In this document: in pieces, positions 25,596 to 38,150 of the stretch
Position numbering within the stretch: position 1 is the first letter of the stretch
How the letters are laid out: every line of letters starts with the position of its first letter
Source: Hydrolagus colliei
Lineage: Eukaryota
Reading direction: 5' to 3'
DNA length: 64,000 bases
Assembly: GCA_035084275.1 (NCBI GenBank)
Contig: CM068746.1
Location: forward strand, 37,572,001-37,636,000
Notes under the pieces: model-generated
Databases searched by the model: none
What the model was told of the DNA's origin: nothing
What the model saw: the letters and a program-made list of their open reading frames with translations, nothing else
Position numbers and translations under genes: made by a program

Positions 25596-26904
25596 ACACT
25601 GCACCAGTACAGAAGGAGAGGTTCACAATGTCTACTAATAGTGGTAGGGTTAATAGTACAGTACTGTAATTTGTTATAGCACTTTTCACGTCTTCTAGAC
25701 GTATCAAAATGCTTCACAGAATATACTGTAATGGTGCACATTGTAGGTTTCATGCAGAAGGTATCACCCCCACCACCACCCCTTTTCTCTCTCATGTCTC
25801 GCTCCCCTTCTCTCTTGTCAGCTACTCTCTCCCTTTTTCTGTGTATCACTCTCTCTCCCCACCCCTGTACGTCACTCCCTGCCCACCGCTCCCCATCCCC
25901 CAACAGAGAAAACACTAAACACCTCAGGTCATCTACTCAATCAACAGTCTCAGATTTTATATTTAAATACTGCAGTAGAAGTACCACTTTCTCTGACTGG
26001 ATCAATATTCACATCATCTCAAGTGCGTTATAAAGAATGGATGGATTCACGTCATAATTTTGATACCCAAGTGACATGTGTAATCCAATGAGCAACGGAC
26101 ACTGTAAAAAGGGCTGCACAGTCTGGGTTTACCAAAGCTCAGATTCAGTTCACAACCAAATTGCTAGATCTGCCTCCCTCTCCAGCCTGTTCCTTTGCAT
26201 ATTTAAAAATAAAGAACACTGTTGCAAATTATATAGAAGTCATTCAGTTGGTGTTGATAGATAAGGCTGTAACATCTCACTCACTGGTAGACCCTATAAA
26301 TGCTATACTGCACATTTCACAAATGATAAATATATAAGCACTCCCAAATAGACTGAATTTGACACAATTCTGTTTTGATCTGAAATGTTAAGAATAAACG
26401 ATCTTACAGGGAAAAATAGGTGGAATTGGGTTTGGCGTGCATAAATCATGGTTGAGAGTTTTTGCGGAATACTTTTGAATGTTATCAAAGAACAGGTCAC
26501 TTGACCAAAATATAACTCTCAATTCTGTAGTGCTAAACATGTACCAAGCTCTAAAATCAGAGGGTTTACACCTCCTGATGTGTTGCTGGAACCGGAAATT
26601 AGATTTCCCACTTCCTAAACTACACTGGTCCAGCACAGGACCAATATATTTATAATTTTTGTGCCTAGTTGATATTGGTACAGTTTTCTTAAGAATTCAG
26701 ACAACAGTACGAATAATAAATCTTATAATTGGTACATCACATTTCACTTCAGAAGCACATTCCAAAGTGATTCCATGAATTGCCGTATAATGGTCACTAG
26801 GGTCCCTCGATATGGAAATTTTCCAATTTAGATATATCGATGAGCTCATATCGAGATATACCAAAATATCGATATTTTCGGGTTTTTCGTACTGCACATG
26901 CGCG

Positions 26905-26975
26905 CGCGGTGCGCGCATTCAGGGTGCGCGCGCGTTCCGGGTGCGTGCGCATTCCGGGTGCGCGCGCATTCGGGG
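26905..26975. repeat. CpG-rich tandem repeat of about 18 bp inside the hAT MITE
   Basis: About 4 copies of gggtgcgcgcgcattcc. Confidence 0.85.
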
Positions 26976-27119
26976 CCTATCTCCTCAGGAGGTAAATATC
27001 TTTCTCTCTTTGTGTCTCTCACACTCACTCTCTCCATCTCTGTGTTTTTCTGTCTGTGTCTCTGTCCTCTCTCACATCGCCCCCATCTCTATCTATCTGT
27101 ATATTATCACATCCACCCT

Positions 27120-27445
27120 GTCTCTTCCCCCCTCCCCCCCCGCCGCCGTCCCTCTCTCCTCCCCCCGACCCCGCCTCCGTCCCTCTCTCCCACTCCCCGC
27201 ACCCCCGTCGTCTCTCTCCCCCCCCCACACCCTCCAGCCGTCTCTTTCCCCCTCCCCCCGCCATCTCTCTCTCCCTCCACCCCCACAGCCGTCTCTCCCC
27301 CTCCCCCCCACAGCCGTCTCTTTCCCCCTCCCCCCCCAGCCGTTTCTCTCCCCCTCTCCCCCCCAGCCGTCTCTCTCCCCCTCCCCCCCACCAGCTGTCT
27401 CTCTCCCCCTCCCCCCCCAGCCGTCTCCCCCCACTCCACCCCTTG
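27120..27445. repeat. C-rich minisatellite inside the hAT MITE
   Basis: Repeated ccccccagccgtctctctcccctc units. Source of the spurious Pro- and Gly-rich ORFs. Confidence 0.9.
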
Positions 27446-28490
27446 CATACCTGTATATTTTATTCGAGGACTATGAATACAATATGGTGGCTTTGCACCT
27501 TGGTCTGTGCATTGTGTATAGAGATGAGCATTCTGGGTCTTGTAGTTCAGTGTGCGCGAATTCCGATTTTTTCCCTCAATATATCGGCATATCGATATAA
27601 AAATGATATCGGGTTTTAGCGATATACCGATATATCGCCGGACCCTAATGGTCACTGTATTTTTAGGCAATGCGGCAGATAATTTTGCACACAGCAATGT
27701 CCCATAAACAGCCGCGTAGTGGGTGACCAATTTCATTTGGGGGGATTATTGGAATCGTGTCTTTCAGATATGGCACTGGGGGAGGAAGAATACTGAAAAG
27801 AAAAAAAAATTCAAGTACAATTTGCAAATAATTGATCCAGTCAGTGGTCAAGGAATTTAAGCTTTGTAACAGCAGAGTTATTGGTTTTTAGTCACTCTTC
27901 TTACATTTTAGGTTTATTCTGAATAATGATGACAAATGATGGAAGTGATTTGACAACCACCATTAATTATGTATGGTTTTCTTGTCGAATACAGAGAAAG
28001 ACGTTGGTACACTCTTCACTGACGCACAAATTCACTCTTAAAAAAACACGGCTGAAGTATGGACCCCAGCAGGTAAACTGAACTGGGAGGCGTGAGCAGA
28101 GGAGTGCCCAACATACTATAATGTAGGTTGGGATCGATGGATCCTGCACTACAGTGCATCCATAGCTTTTAAAGGCTCATTAACACTGGGCATCATTCTC
28201 ACTGTTCGCTTCCAGGGCTTGGGGAGCCCCCTTATGTCTTGGCAAGTCAAACATTAAGTATTCTAGGTGTGGCTTAACCAGAACACTATAAAGCTTGAAT
28301 ATGACCACTTTGGAACACAAATGATTTAGCAATACAGTACAGTATAGCAATTTAGCAATATAGCACAACACCACATTTGACTTGTTTATTGTTACCTCAC
28401 ACCATTTTCTAAGAGATCTGCAGAGACATCAACATTTTAAGATGGAAGCAGCTTGGCAGACTTGCCCTTAAAAAAAATGGAGGCCAAGTC

Positions 28491-28596
28491 CAACAACAAC
28501 AACAACAACAATTTACATTTATATAGCGCCTTTCACGTCGGGAGGACGTCCCAAGGCGCTAAACAAGAGGCGTGTGACCCGAGCTGGGAGGGGAGT
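28491..28596 (-). mobile_element. Young L2 family-1 3' stub
   Basis: Matches 54665-54760 almost exactly: (aac)n aatttacatttatatagcgcctttcacgtcgggaggacgtcccaaggcgctaaacaagaggcgtgtgacccgagctgggagggg. Confidence 0.9.
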
Positions 28597-29089
28597 CCAA
28601 GACTCAAGTTCAGACCGATCAAGTTGGTGATGGATTTGTGCAGCTGCTGGAGGTTGTGCGTGGGTGCTGCCACTTTTTGTGAAGCAAGAAAAGGGGCATT
28701 TCATCAAGGTTGTTGCTTTGATCTACAGAGATGAAAGATTCATAAAACCTCAAAGTAAATTAAGCATTTTGGTCTGTGTCCTATATACTAAAAGCTTTCG
28801 CTGTATTCATTGAGAAACCTCAGCCAAAATATTTGTGGGATGTTGCTGGCACAGGCTGGCTGCTGCTTTTTATGATTAATATTATCATATTTACTTTAAT
28901 AATCATAAGCTTTATTTTGTTAAAAAATGTTTCAAACAGTTTATTTTACATGAATGATCCTATATAAATGCAGGAGTTATTATCATAAGATGGGCTATAG
29001 CACAGCTACACTGCACCAGATATTATTCATTCATAATAGATTTATGTAACAAAACCTATACTTATTACTGACTGCCATATGATAGCCCA

Positions 29090-29432
29090 GTCACAGCCTT
29101 ACTCAGTTGGTGGTACACTTGCCACTGGGTCAGAAGATTGTGAGTTCATGCCCCTTGTCAAGACTTTGAACTCAGCCTAGGCTAACAGCCCACTGCAAGA
29201 ACGGGGGGTGTGGGGGGTGGTGCTGCATTGTCAGAGGTGCCTTCCTTCAGAAGAAATGTTAAACTATGGACCTATCCGCCTATTCAAAGAGACGCTAAAG
29301 ATCCCCTGATACTATTCGAAAAGTGAAGGGAGTTTCTTCCATTGTCCTGGTCAACAATCCTCGATTAAAATGGATCATTCACTTCCTGGCTGTTTGTGGG
29401 GCATTGCTATGTACAAATTAGCTGCCACATTC
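29090..29432 (+). mobile_element. Deu-domain SINE (family B), head plus body
   Basis: cagccttactcagttggtggtacac head, B box gtgagttcatgccc, body gctgcattgtcagaggtgcc...taaagatcccctgatactattcgaa. Confidence 0.82.
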
Positions 29433-29444
29433 AGCTAGGGCCAA

Positions 29445-29720
29445 ATGTTAGGCCTTACTCCACATGCCTCTGTTTACCTAGCAGTAAGTATGAAAAATGG
29501 TTGTTAGTCAATGGGTGGATCCCGTTTCCGGGGATAATAATCCCTAAAATAGAAATAATTTGGCCACTCAATCCACGACTGTTTATGGGACACTGCTGTG
29601 CACATTTGGCCATCGCATTTCTTCCGCAAAATATGCAGTCAGTTCACTTTACATTATATTCTGTGAAGCGCTTTGAGACATCTAGAAGTTGTGAAAAGTG
29701 CTATATCAAATGCATGATTA
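29445..29720 (+). mobile_element. SINE family A, 5'-truncated, directly after the family B copy
   Basis: ccttactccacatgcctctgtttacctagcagtaag...gtgctatatcaaatgcatgatta. Confidence 0.85.
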
Positions 29721-31417
29721 CACACACACACACACAAAGTCACTGCACTTTACTATATATCTTATGAAACACTTTGAGACGTCCTCCTGACACTAAAGGC
29801 CAAATGCAATTATTGTATGTAGCAGTGGTAAAATAATCCTGGAACAGAAACATTTAACAGCCTACAATTTCCTTAGCAACATTTAAAAAAAGTTATACGG
29901 TTACCTCCATTGGCACAAACCACTTACTTGCCTTACACTGAATAAAGGTAATATTTGCAAAAACATGCAAACTGTGAAAAGTAACTAGGACTTTTTAAAC
30001 AGTCTATATTTGTGTATTGAATTAGGCTAGGCTAATTATTTCCCATGTTGTTAGGTCAGTTTCTTGAAATGATAGTTAATTAAGTAGTTTTGTGTGAGAT
30101 TTCTCCCACAAAATACAGTCACTACAGTTTAAAGTGTATCCTGTGAAGCGCTTTGAGACATCTCGAAGACATGATAAGGTGCTATATCAAATGCAAGGAT
30201 TATTATTATTATTTCTGCATGCCCAACCCATAATAAAGCCAGAAAAACAATTCAACTAAAATTGATTGATTTTCCTATAAAAGCATCTAACATTCTCTCT
30301 GCAAAGAAAAAAAACAATTTCATTCCCTGTAAATGGACCACAATAAAATCTCTGGTCCAAAATTTATCATCTAAAATCTCTCCAATGCACAAGAGACCAA
30401 TTTTCTTTATATATAACCAACTGAGCCAGCCTGACACAGACTGAATGAACAGCCTTTTTTGTTGCTGTAGATTCATGTAATTCTACTGCCTTCTGGTCAA
30501 TGCATTCCAAGTTCTCACAAACCATGCATTTAGCATTCTGAAGCATTGCTGTGGTGTATGTCTGAATCTTCAAAGCCTGAATTTGTTACTAGCTCATTAG
30601 CCAAATTAATGCCAGTCTTACATACTTCCAGTTATTTATAAGCTTTCCCACCCTGAAGTGGAGACAGTGCCAGATTATTCAACAGAAAAATAAAACCAAA
30701 CCATGAACTCTCTCTAAATCTAATCTACTCTCATTTCTGGAAGTGTGCAAGGATAGAATAGAAAATAATATTCCTTTCACCTTCAAGAAATAAAGGCATC
30801 ACTATAAACTACAATCAACTCTACCTGTTGAATGATCAGAACATATTCAAAATCTCATCACTTTACTTCATCCCTTGTGAAATAATGATATTTTTCAATC
30901 TTGAAAAATTGTGAAGCAAAATAATTAATCTAATAATGTTACATGTTGAAAGTAACATGAAACTTCCTGCATTTTAAACTTTCTTTTTGGTGGTACATCA
31001 GTCTCTTTACAAATTGTGGTTTGGAATGTTTCAAAATAATTACAATTCATCGCCATTTCTTGTCTTGCAATTCGAAAGCAGAATGGTTGTGCCCGGAGGC
31101 TGAGCTATTATAGACTTCACTATTCTATCTCTATCACAAAATGCATGACAAGATTCTTCCAGGCACCATTCTGTCAGCTTTCAACTGCTGCCAATAAAAG
31201 GCCTCCATGTCCCACAATTCTTTATCTTGGTTCCAGAATAAATGGCCTTTCCTTGGTCATGCAGAAATATTGAGCACATTCTTCAATTGCCCAGTTTCAA
31301 CAGCACAATCACCTACTCTGAGCCTGCAAAACCAGGGAATTTTATAAGAGACATTGCGAGAAGGTGAACAGCATTTTTATACTGGAACTCAGACAGATAG
31401 AACCACCAAACTAAAGT

Positions 31418-32047
31418 CAGGACCCAAGCAGAGGGGGAGGGTCAGGGTAGGGGGAAGGAGAGTAGGAGAGGGGGAAAAGTTAGGAGGGGAGCCAAAGGCA
31501 CGGTCGAAGAGGAAGGTCTTGAGACCGGCCTTGAAGGAGTGAAAGGAGGAGGTGAGGTGAAGGGATTGCGGGATGGAGTTCCAGAGTGTGGGGGCAGAGA
31601 GGCTGAAAGCCCGGCAACCAATGGTTTGGCAGTTAGGGTGGTGGACGCAGAGCAGGCCAGAGTCTGCTGAGCGGAGGGTGCGGGCAGGCTGATAGGGAGA
31701 CAGCAGGTCGGAGAGATAGGTGGGGCCAAGTCAGTGAACGACCTTGAAGGTGAGGACGAGGATCCCGAATTCGATCCTCTGAGGATGGGGAGCCAGTGGA
31801 GACGGGCGAGGGTGGGACTGATGTGGTCGTGGAGCCTAGTGCGGAAGAGTATACGAGCTGCAGAGTTCTGAATGTTCTGTAATCTGTGAAGGGAGGAGCT
31901 GGGAAGGCCGACGAGGAGAGAGTTCCCATAGTCGAGCCTAGATGTGATGAAGGCATGTATAAGTGTTTCGGCGGCATGGGGGGTGAGATAGTGGTGGAGT
32001 CTGGCAATATTGCAGAAGTGGTGGAAGGCTGTACTGATCACGGAGCT
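31418..32047 (-). mobile_element. L2 family-1 ORF2 C-terminal fragment (frameshifted)
   Basis: AAETLIHAFITSRLDYGNSLLVGLPSSSLHRLQNIQNSAARIL...HISPTLARLHWLPI is the typical L2-clade post-RT region. Confidence 0.92.
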
Positions 32048-32344
32048 ATTACAGAGCTATTACAGAAATTGGAAAAATAAATGAATACAAGCGCAAAGTT
32101 CATCTAATGAAGCCTCATGAAACAGGTATAGCAAAAGGCGCTATACAAATGTAATTTTGCTGTTGTAATGGAAGCCAATAATCTGCACTAATTAGAGCTG
32201 TAGTAATTGGTTAGTAATTGGTTTCTCCCACAAAATACAGAGTCAATCCACTTTACAGTATATTGTGTGAAGCTCTTTGAGACATCTTAATGACATTATA
32301 AGGCGGTATATCAAATGCAAGATTATTAGTACAGTAATAATACA

Positions 32345-32700
32345 CAATAATAATCCTTGCCTTTGATGTAGCACCTTATCACATACATGTTCGGATGTCT
32401 AAAAACGCTTTACAGAATTGAAAAGTTAGGGTGAATTGACTAAATTTTGTGGGGGAAATGCAGCTGCCAGTGTTCCACAGTCGCGGAATGACTGAACGAT
32501 TTGTTCTCATCTTTTTTTGAGGAATTACTACTCCTGGAAAAGTGATTCGCTAATCGACTAACAACCGGGTTCCTACTTACTGCTGGGTAAACAGAGGCAT
32601 GTGGAGTAAGGAAACTTGGCCAACGTTTCGCCCTGCAGGGAATCAAACATGGGTCTCTCACTTGCGAGAAGAGTGCTTCAACCACTGCGGAGTCCTGTAG
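32345..32700 (-). mobile_element. SINE family A, full length
   Basis: Head ggactccgcagtggttgaagcac, B box gtttgattcc, tail atcaaaggcaaggattattatt. Confidence 0.85.
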
Positions 32701-32749
32701 CTGTTCCATATTAGTAGTAGTAGTAGTACTATTATGAAGTTGCAATTTA

Positions 32750-33150
32750 CTTCTGTGTTTTGGTGTCTGGAGAGTGTTTTGGGTGGAGGTGAAAGGGCAG
32801 GTACTACATCTCCTGCGCTGGCAAGGGAAGGTGCCAGAGGAAGGAGAGCAGCTGGTGGTGCTGACAGCGGAGTGGACCAAAGAATCCCGGAGGGAACAGT
32901 CCCTTCGGAATGCAGAGAGGGGAGGGGGAGGGAAATATATCCTTGGTGGATGGGTCACGTTGCAGGTGTAGGAAGTTTCTACGGATGATGTGTTGAATAG
33001 TGAGGCTGGTAGGGTGGTAAGTGAGGACCAAGGGAACCCTATCACGATTCCGCGATGAGGGGGAAGGGGTGAGGGCAAAGGTGCGGGAAATCGGACAGAC
33101 ACGGTCAAGGACCTTCACTACCATGGTTGGTGGGAATCCTTAGTCAAGGA
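32750..33150 (-). mobile_element. Penelope-like element fragment (RT to GIY-YIG linker), one frameshift
   Basis: RNRDRVPLVLTYHPTSLTIQHIIRRNFLHLQRDPSTKDIFP / SAFRRDCSLRDSLVHS...GTFPCQRRRCSTCPF. The Cys-rich linker motif is typical of Neptune-type PLEs. Confidence 0.85.
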
Positions 33151-33314
33151 TTCACATATAGAATTCCACATTGTAGTTCTATAGTACCCATTTCTGAATA
33201 ACCATAAAGAAACCTTTGTACTGTTATTTCTTATTTAATTCCATAGTTATTTATTTAGATAGGGAATTGCATAAGATATATATTGGACAGCGTAGAAGTA
33301 CAGCCACTATACCC

Positions 33315-33510
33315 CAAAACTGGAATTCTCTGCCTCAATCCCTTTGCCTTGCACATCTATTCCTATCTTCAGATCATATATTTCTCTTTGACTGTGCCTA
33401 CGAGCACCTAACCCCTCCCCAATAGCATCAAGCTCTGCTACTGTTCAGCGTTCCCATACGCTACCCTGTGTGAAAGGCGCTATGCTAATGAAAATAGGTG
33501 TTGTTGCTGC
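33315..33510 (+). mobile_element. Old L2 3' end
   Basis: ctggaattctctgcctcaatccctttgcc (WNSLPQSL) and tail gtgtgaaaggcgctatgctaatg. Confidence 0.65.
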
Positions 33511-34823
33511 AGTATTCCCATCTGGTGGGATAGCAGAAGATATAAACACACTTCATTTGGGCTGTTGAGAAGGGTACATGATGGGCTCACAATTAAATTG
33601 CCTGCCAACACTCAGTCAAGGCTCACACTATCATAATATTCATTTTGGCAAGATGCCCAAGAAACACTACTTAAAGAAAAGGGAAAAAGTCTTTGTTCCG
33701 CCAGGAGGAAGAAAATTGGTAAAGGTGAGAGGGAAAAGTTAACACAAGTGACAGTGGTCAGCTACTTTGCCAGCAAATGCCTGGCACAAATTACAGAGCG
33801 AGCACATTAACCGAGGAATTTTATAGATTTTATAGTAAGACGACTCTCAACAAATCGCTGAAGGTAGCTGAATTACCTACCTCCCTTGTTATACACACAA
33901 AAGATAATTGGCAGACCTAACTTCAAGGCATGACAAGCTTTCCTTCTGCCATATACTGTACATAATTATAATAATGTCTACTGCTTTAAAATATATTTCA
34001 CCCCTTTGAGCGAGCAAGGCTCCACAAACCTATAATGAGATATGTGAAATTACACTCAAATATCAAACATCACTTGATGTGAGAAAAACCTACAGTGGAA
34101 GTGGGGATTTCAGATTCTCACCATCACAGTTTCTCGCAATCCAAACAAATAGATTTTCAGATTTATGGTATGGGTAAGCAGCCATCTTACTCTAATTTAC
34201 AAATTAATTAGGACAATTACATATTTTCACAATAGAAATGAACGTTCATATTATTTATGCTTCACTATAAATTGGTCAAAACGATTCTTAATTTACACCA
34301 GTGAGGAGGGGAAAAAAAACTTAGGGTTTTTGCTGATGCATCCTACGAAATTATACATATAGCACAGGGTGCTTTTATTCTGCATAAACTAGAGACGCAG
34401 CTTATGGAACATTCCTTTGTGAAGGAACCCAGAATGAGCTTGGCAATGGTGAGAGAGCAATTAAGTGCAGTGATGCTGTGGTAAAATGGCTTTTAATGGA
34501 TGAATTCCAGAATGACAGATTGTGACCCTAAATCAACTGAGACCATCTGATATAGAAACACCCTCATGTATTTGAGATCCAATTATTTTGCGGGGTAAAG
34601 TAAGGGAAGAGGAAGTCAAGGTAAACAGAAGGATTCGAAATAGTGTGACTTTGACATACATATAACATGAATAACCCGATTGGAAATGTCTTATGTTGAA
34701 AGTGATCCTGATTTCTCCAGGATCTCTCAATTATTTCCCAACATTCACTTTGCATTAATCTTAGACTTCATTAAGTGTAGGAAAATTCAACTGTGTACAA
34801 GTTGGCAAGAATGGCTACCTGTA

Positions 34824-35165
34824 CAGTAAATTCGGGATAACTCATCACTTCCAAGAGAAAAAGGCTCCAAGAGACTAGAGGTCTCTGCAATGCATCTGAG
34901 CATGTTCGCCATAAGCATTCCCATAAGTCACAGGATAGGGCGGGTGGCTTCTACGATGCAAGACACCATTTTATAGGACTTGTTATCCGATCAATTTTAC
35001 ATTGTAAGCACTTGCAAAAATTTCGAGAATGAGACTAGTTACATATTAAGCAGAGTGACAAATGAAGCAGAATCCTTTATTAGCATTTTGCATGGGCGGG
35101 CCAGGATATTGGCAACGTGGCAAATTGTGGCAGTAAGCCAGAGTCGAGTTATCCCGCGTTTACTG
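34824..35165. mobile_element. Tc1/mariner (pogo/Tigger-like) MITE, 342 bp
   Basis: 20-bp TIRs CAGTAAAttCGGGATAACTC / GAGTTATCCCGcgTTTACTG (18/20), flanked by TA on both sides (34822-34823 and 35166-35167). Confidence 0.82.
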
Positions 35166-35739
35166 TATTAAATGTCAAAATTAATCAGTTTGACAAGCCA
35201 AGGAGTTTAATCAGTCTTCCCGAACCTTTGGCCGGAGGCTTCGATGGATCTTTTGCGGTGGTGCTACGAGACAATCATTCCCACCTGCCACCCAACGGGA
35301 TTAGTTCAAACAGCTCCACACAAATAAGGAGAACTACAAACTTTATGAGAGCTGATTTTGTTGTAACTGACTCTATTGGACCTGAAACGCCTCCCCCCCC
35401 CCCCCCCCCCCACCAAATGCTCTCGACTTCAAACACATAGAAACACATAGATAGGAGGGTAGGGGAGAGCTAAACCTGCAGTTTTCTTCATTCCATTTAG
35501 GTTCCCAAAGTACACATTCTATATGAGAATTTGTGGTGGGTAACAGAAATAGCAGAACAATAACTAAAGCGATGTGAAAACACCAGCGGGAATTTAGAAT
35601 TTGATTAATTAGTCTGCAATATCAAATCTGTTGGGATTAAAGCCTGAATTGATTCAGGCTTTAATCCCAACAGATCAAGTCAGTTGTTGATGCGTACTTC
35701 ACCTTTGACACCATCAAACTACAGCCTAATTACTATAAC

Positions 35740-36135
35740 AAAAATCCTTGGATTTGGTATACCGTAGTGCCTTACATTGTGAGATGTTTCAATATATTGC
35801 ACAGGGTACTTTGTAAAGTGGTCTGACCATGTGTATTTTTTGTAGACAAACACAACAGCCAATTTATGCAAAGCATATCCCACAAATAGCCATGTGATCA
35901 ATTTTGTTTGGGGAATTGTTGGTCAAGCTACAGGGAGGAATGTCATTCTCTTTTTGAACAGCAACATGAGATTTTAATGTCCACCTAAACAGGCAGACCG
36001 ACCCTCAGTTGAAACCCTTGTCCCAAAGGTATCCCCTACATCAATGTAGCACATCCCCACCACTACATTGGGAGTGTTAACTTAGACTAAATGAGTTCCA
36101 AGTCCTAACATGGGCTTGATCGCATAAACTTTTGG
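35740..36135 (-). mobile_element. Deu-domain SINE (family B), near full length
   Basis: ctttttgaacagcaacatgagattttaatgtccacctaaacaggcagaccgaccctcagtt body, SINE tail on the left, head on the right. Confidence 0.78.
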
Positions 36136-37789
36136 CTTCTGGCACACTCCACATGAAGGGACCAAAACTGTATGCATGAGCAACTGAAACCGCCTATCAT
36201 GTAAAATTCAAAAACATTCAGAGGAAATGATATTTCAGCAACACAACATACCCAACACAACAGACCAAAGATCAACAGCAGTCAAAACAAAGCAAGTCAG
36301 CTTGTTTTAAGTTCAATTATTAATGAATATACATTGCAGGCAGCAAAGCTTCAGGTTCACTGAACTGTATTTCATCACTTAAACATTATACAGCAAATCC
36401 CATTATAACGCAACCCCAAACATTGCTGGTTCACTGATAAGGCAGTTGCACTGTAGGCCATGAAAGGTTAGATTGAGAGTGCCGGAAGCACTATGCAGCA
36501 TGCAGGAAGTGATGTTGTTCATCTGATCATCTCAAAGTCATGTCAGCTACCTTCCCAATGCACATGTATGGTAATATCAAAGTGCAATGCACTGAACTGC
36601 AAACGCATCCCATTATCAGGCTACTTTAGATTATATGGATCTCAACTACGGCTCTAAAATGGAGTTCAACTGTGCACGTTTTCAGGTCACCTTAGTCACA
36701 AGATTGCCTTTCATCAGTTAAACAAAGGCTAACATTTGTCCATTTAAAATTCATATATGAACTACCACAACATTCACATGCACACAATATTGTATAATGA
36801 GGTGTGGGTGATCCCAACAAAGATTAAAATTTGGATTTAAGTGGCATAGATCAAGTAACAACAACAATTTTTTGTGCCATAAAGCAAATGGTAATTGAAC
36901 TGACTGAATTCTGATTTAGCTGCATCCCCATTCCTGACGCACATTCTTCATATAGACTATTTACAGGTAAATTAAAAGAACAGAGAAACATAAATTAAAT
37001 CAAAATGTTGGAGATGAAAACAATAAATAGATCAGGGAAGGTGAAGCAAAACCAATTAACTATAGATTAAAAACAAATTGGAAAAACATTGGCTGCTGGA
37101 GAAAAAAATAAAATTGACCCCCAAAAAACTACAGTGCAGCATCCTAGAGTATTAATTTACTGCATATCAAATCTGTGCCATCTTGCAGTTTTTAGTAACA
37201 TCAACACAGCTATATTATGTTACAAAAAGGCTGTGTGGATACGATTCTACTGAAAACAATCTTGTCTTCAGGTTCTGGTGACAAAGTGTTTGTTCTTCAT
37301 GGTTAGACTGTCATTTGTTCCAATCAATAGAATACTGTATCTAACAATAATCTTTGATATAAGTAGGGCGTTATCATGTTGTTGAGACATCTCAAAATGC
37401 TTCACAGAATATATTGTAACCCGGATCGACTGTGCATTTCGCAGGTGAGATATTCTTGTCATTCTTTGCAATTAACCTCACTTGCCTATTAAAAACCAAA
37501 TATTCTTAATATTATTGTAATTTATAATTTATAAAATGCCCTTTAAGTAGAATAATGTCTTAAGACTATTCACAGTGGCACGGTTGGAAACCTTGGAAAC
37601 AGGTTTAACTGTCAGCAACAAAGAGTCCATCAGCTGGCATCTGATTTAGGAGAAACTTGGCCAGATTCCAAGCAACCTCATGCCCCAGCTGGGTATTGTT
37701 GTATCCTCACCTGCACTGGGCTTTTCTGTCGCTGGGTGGTTCCAGATTGGCTCCTAGAACCTGATTACACTAAATGGAATCACTCAACC

Positions 37790-38150
37790 TGATTGTTCAG
37801 CGCCTCAGGACGTCCTCCCGACGTGAAAGGCGCTCTATAACTGTCATTTTGTTATTGTTGTTGTTGTGCCCAAACGTGTGAACGTGCCCAAATCCTCCCT
37901 ACAACAACAACTTGCATTTATATAGGGCCCTTCACATGGGTTAGCACCTTGGAACGCTTAACAGTGGCAGAGCCTGTCCCTCAGCTGGGAAGAGGTGACC
38001 ATAAGCACGGTCAAAGAGGAAGGTCTTCAGGCGTGATCTGAAAATGAGAAGGGAGAGGCAAGGCAGAGAGATTGTGGGAGAGTTCCAATGTTTGGGGCAT
38101 CGGAGGCTGAAGCCAAATGAGTGGAGGTGGAGCAGAGAGGTCTCCCTACA
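37790..38150. mobile_element. Tail-to-tail pair of L2 3' ends (+ stub 37790-37866; - fragment 37900-38150)
   Basis: ggacgtcctcccgacgtgaaaggcgctctataactg...gttgttg followed by caacaacaacttgcatttatatagggcccttcac. Confidence 0.75.

Larger units (their letters stand above)
26798..27647. mobile_element. Non-autonomous hAT DNA transposon (MITE), 850 bp, TAGGG termini
   Basis: TIRs TAGGGTCCctCGATAT / ATATCGccGGACCCTA. Perfect 8-bp TSD ATGGTCAC (26790-26797 and 27648-27655). Many subterminal CGATAT/ATATCG motifs; CpG-rich. Confidence 0.93.

Noticed and set aside
26812-27736. Long Pro-rich and Gly-rich ORFs (up to 262 aa) on both strands
   Set aside because: They arise from the stop-poor C-rich minisatellite inside a TIR/TSD-bounded MITE. 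No transposase motifs.
31442-32041. 199-aa ORF (and the 188-aa ORF at 45633) as host genes
   Set aside because: Frameshifted or deleted L2 ORF2 fragments.
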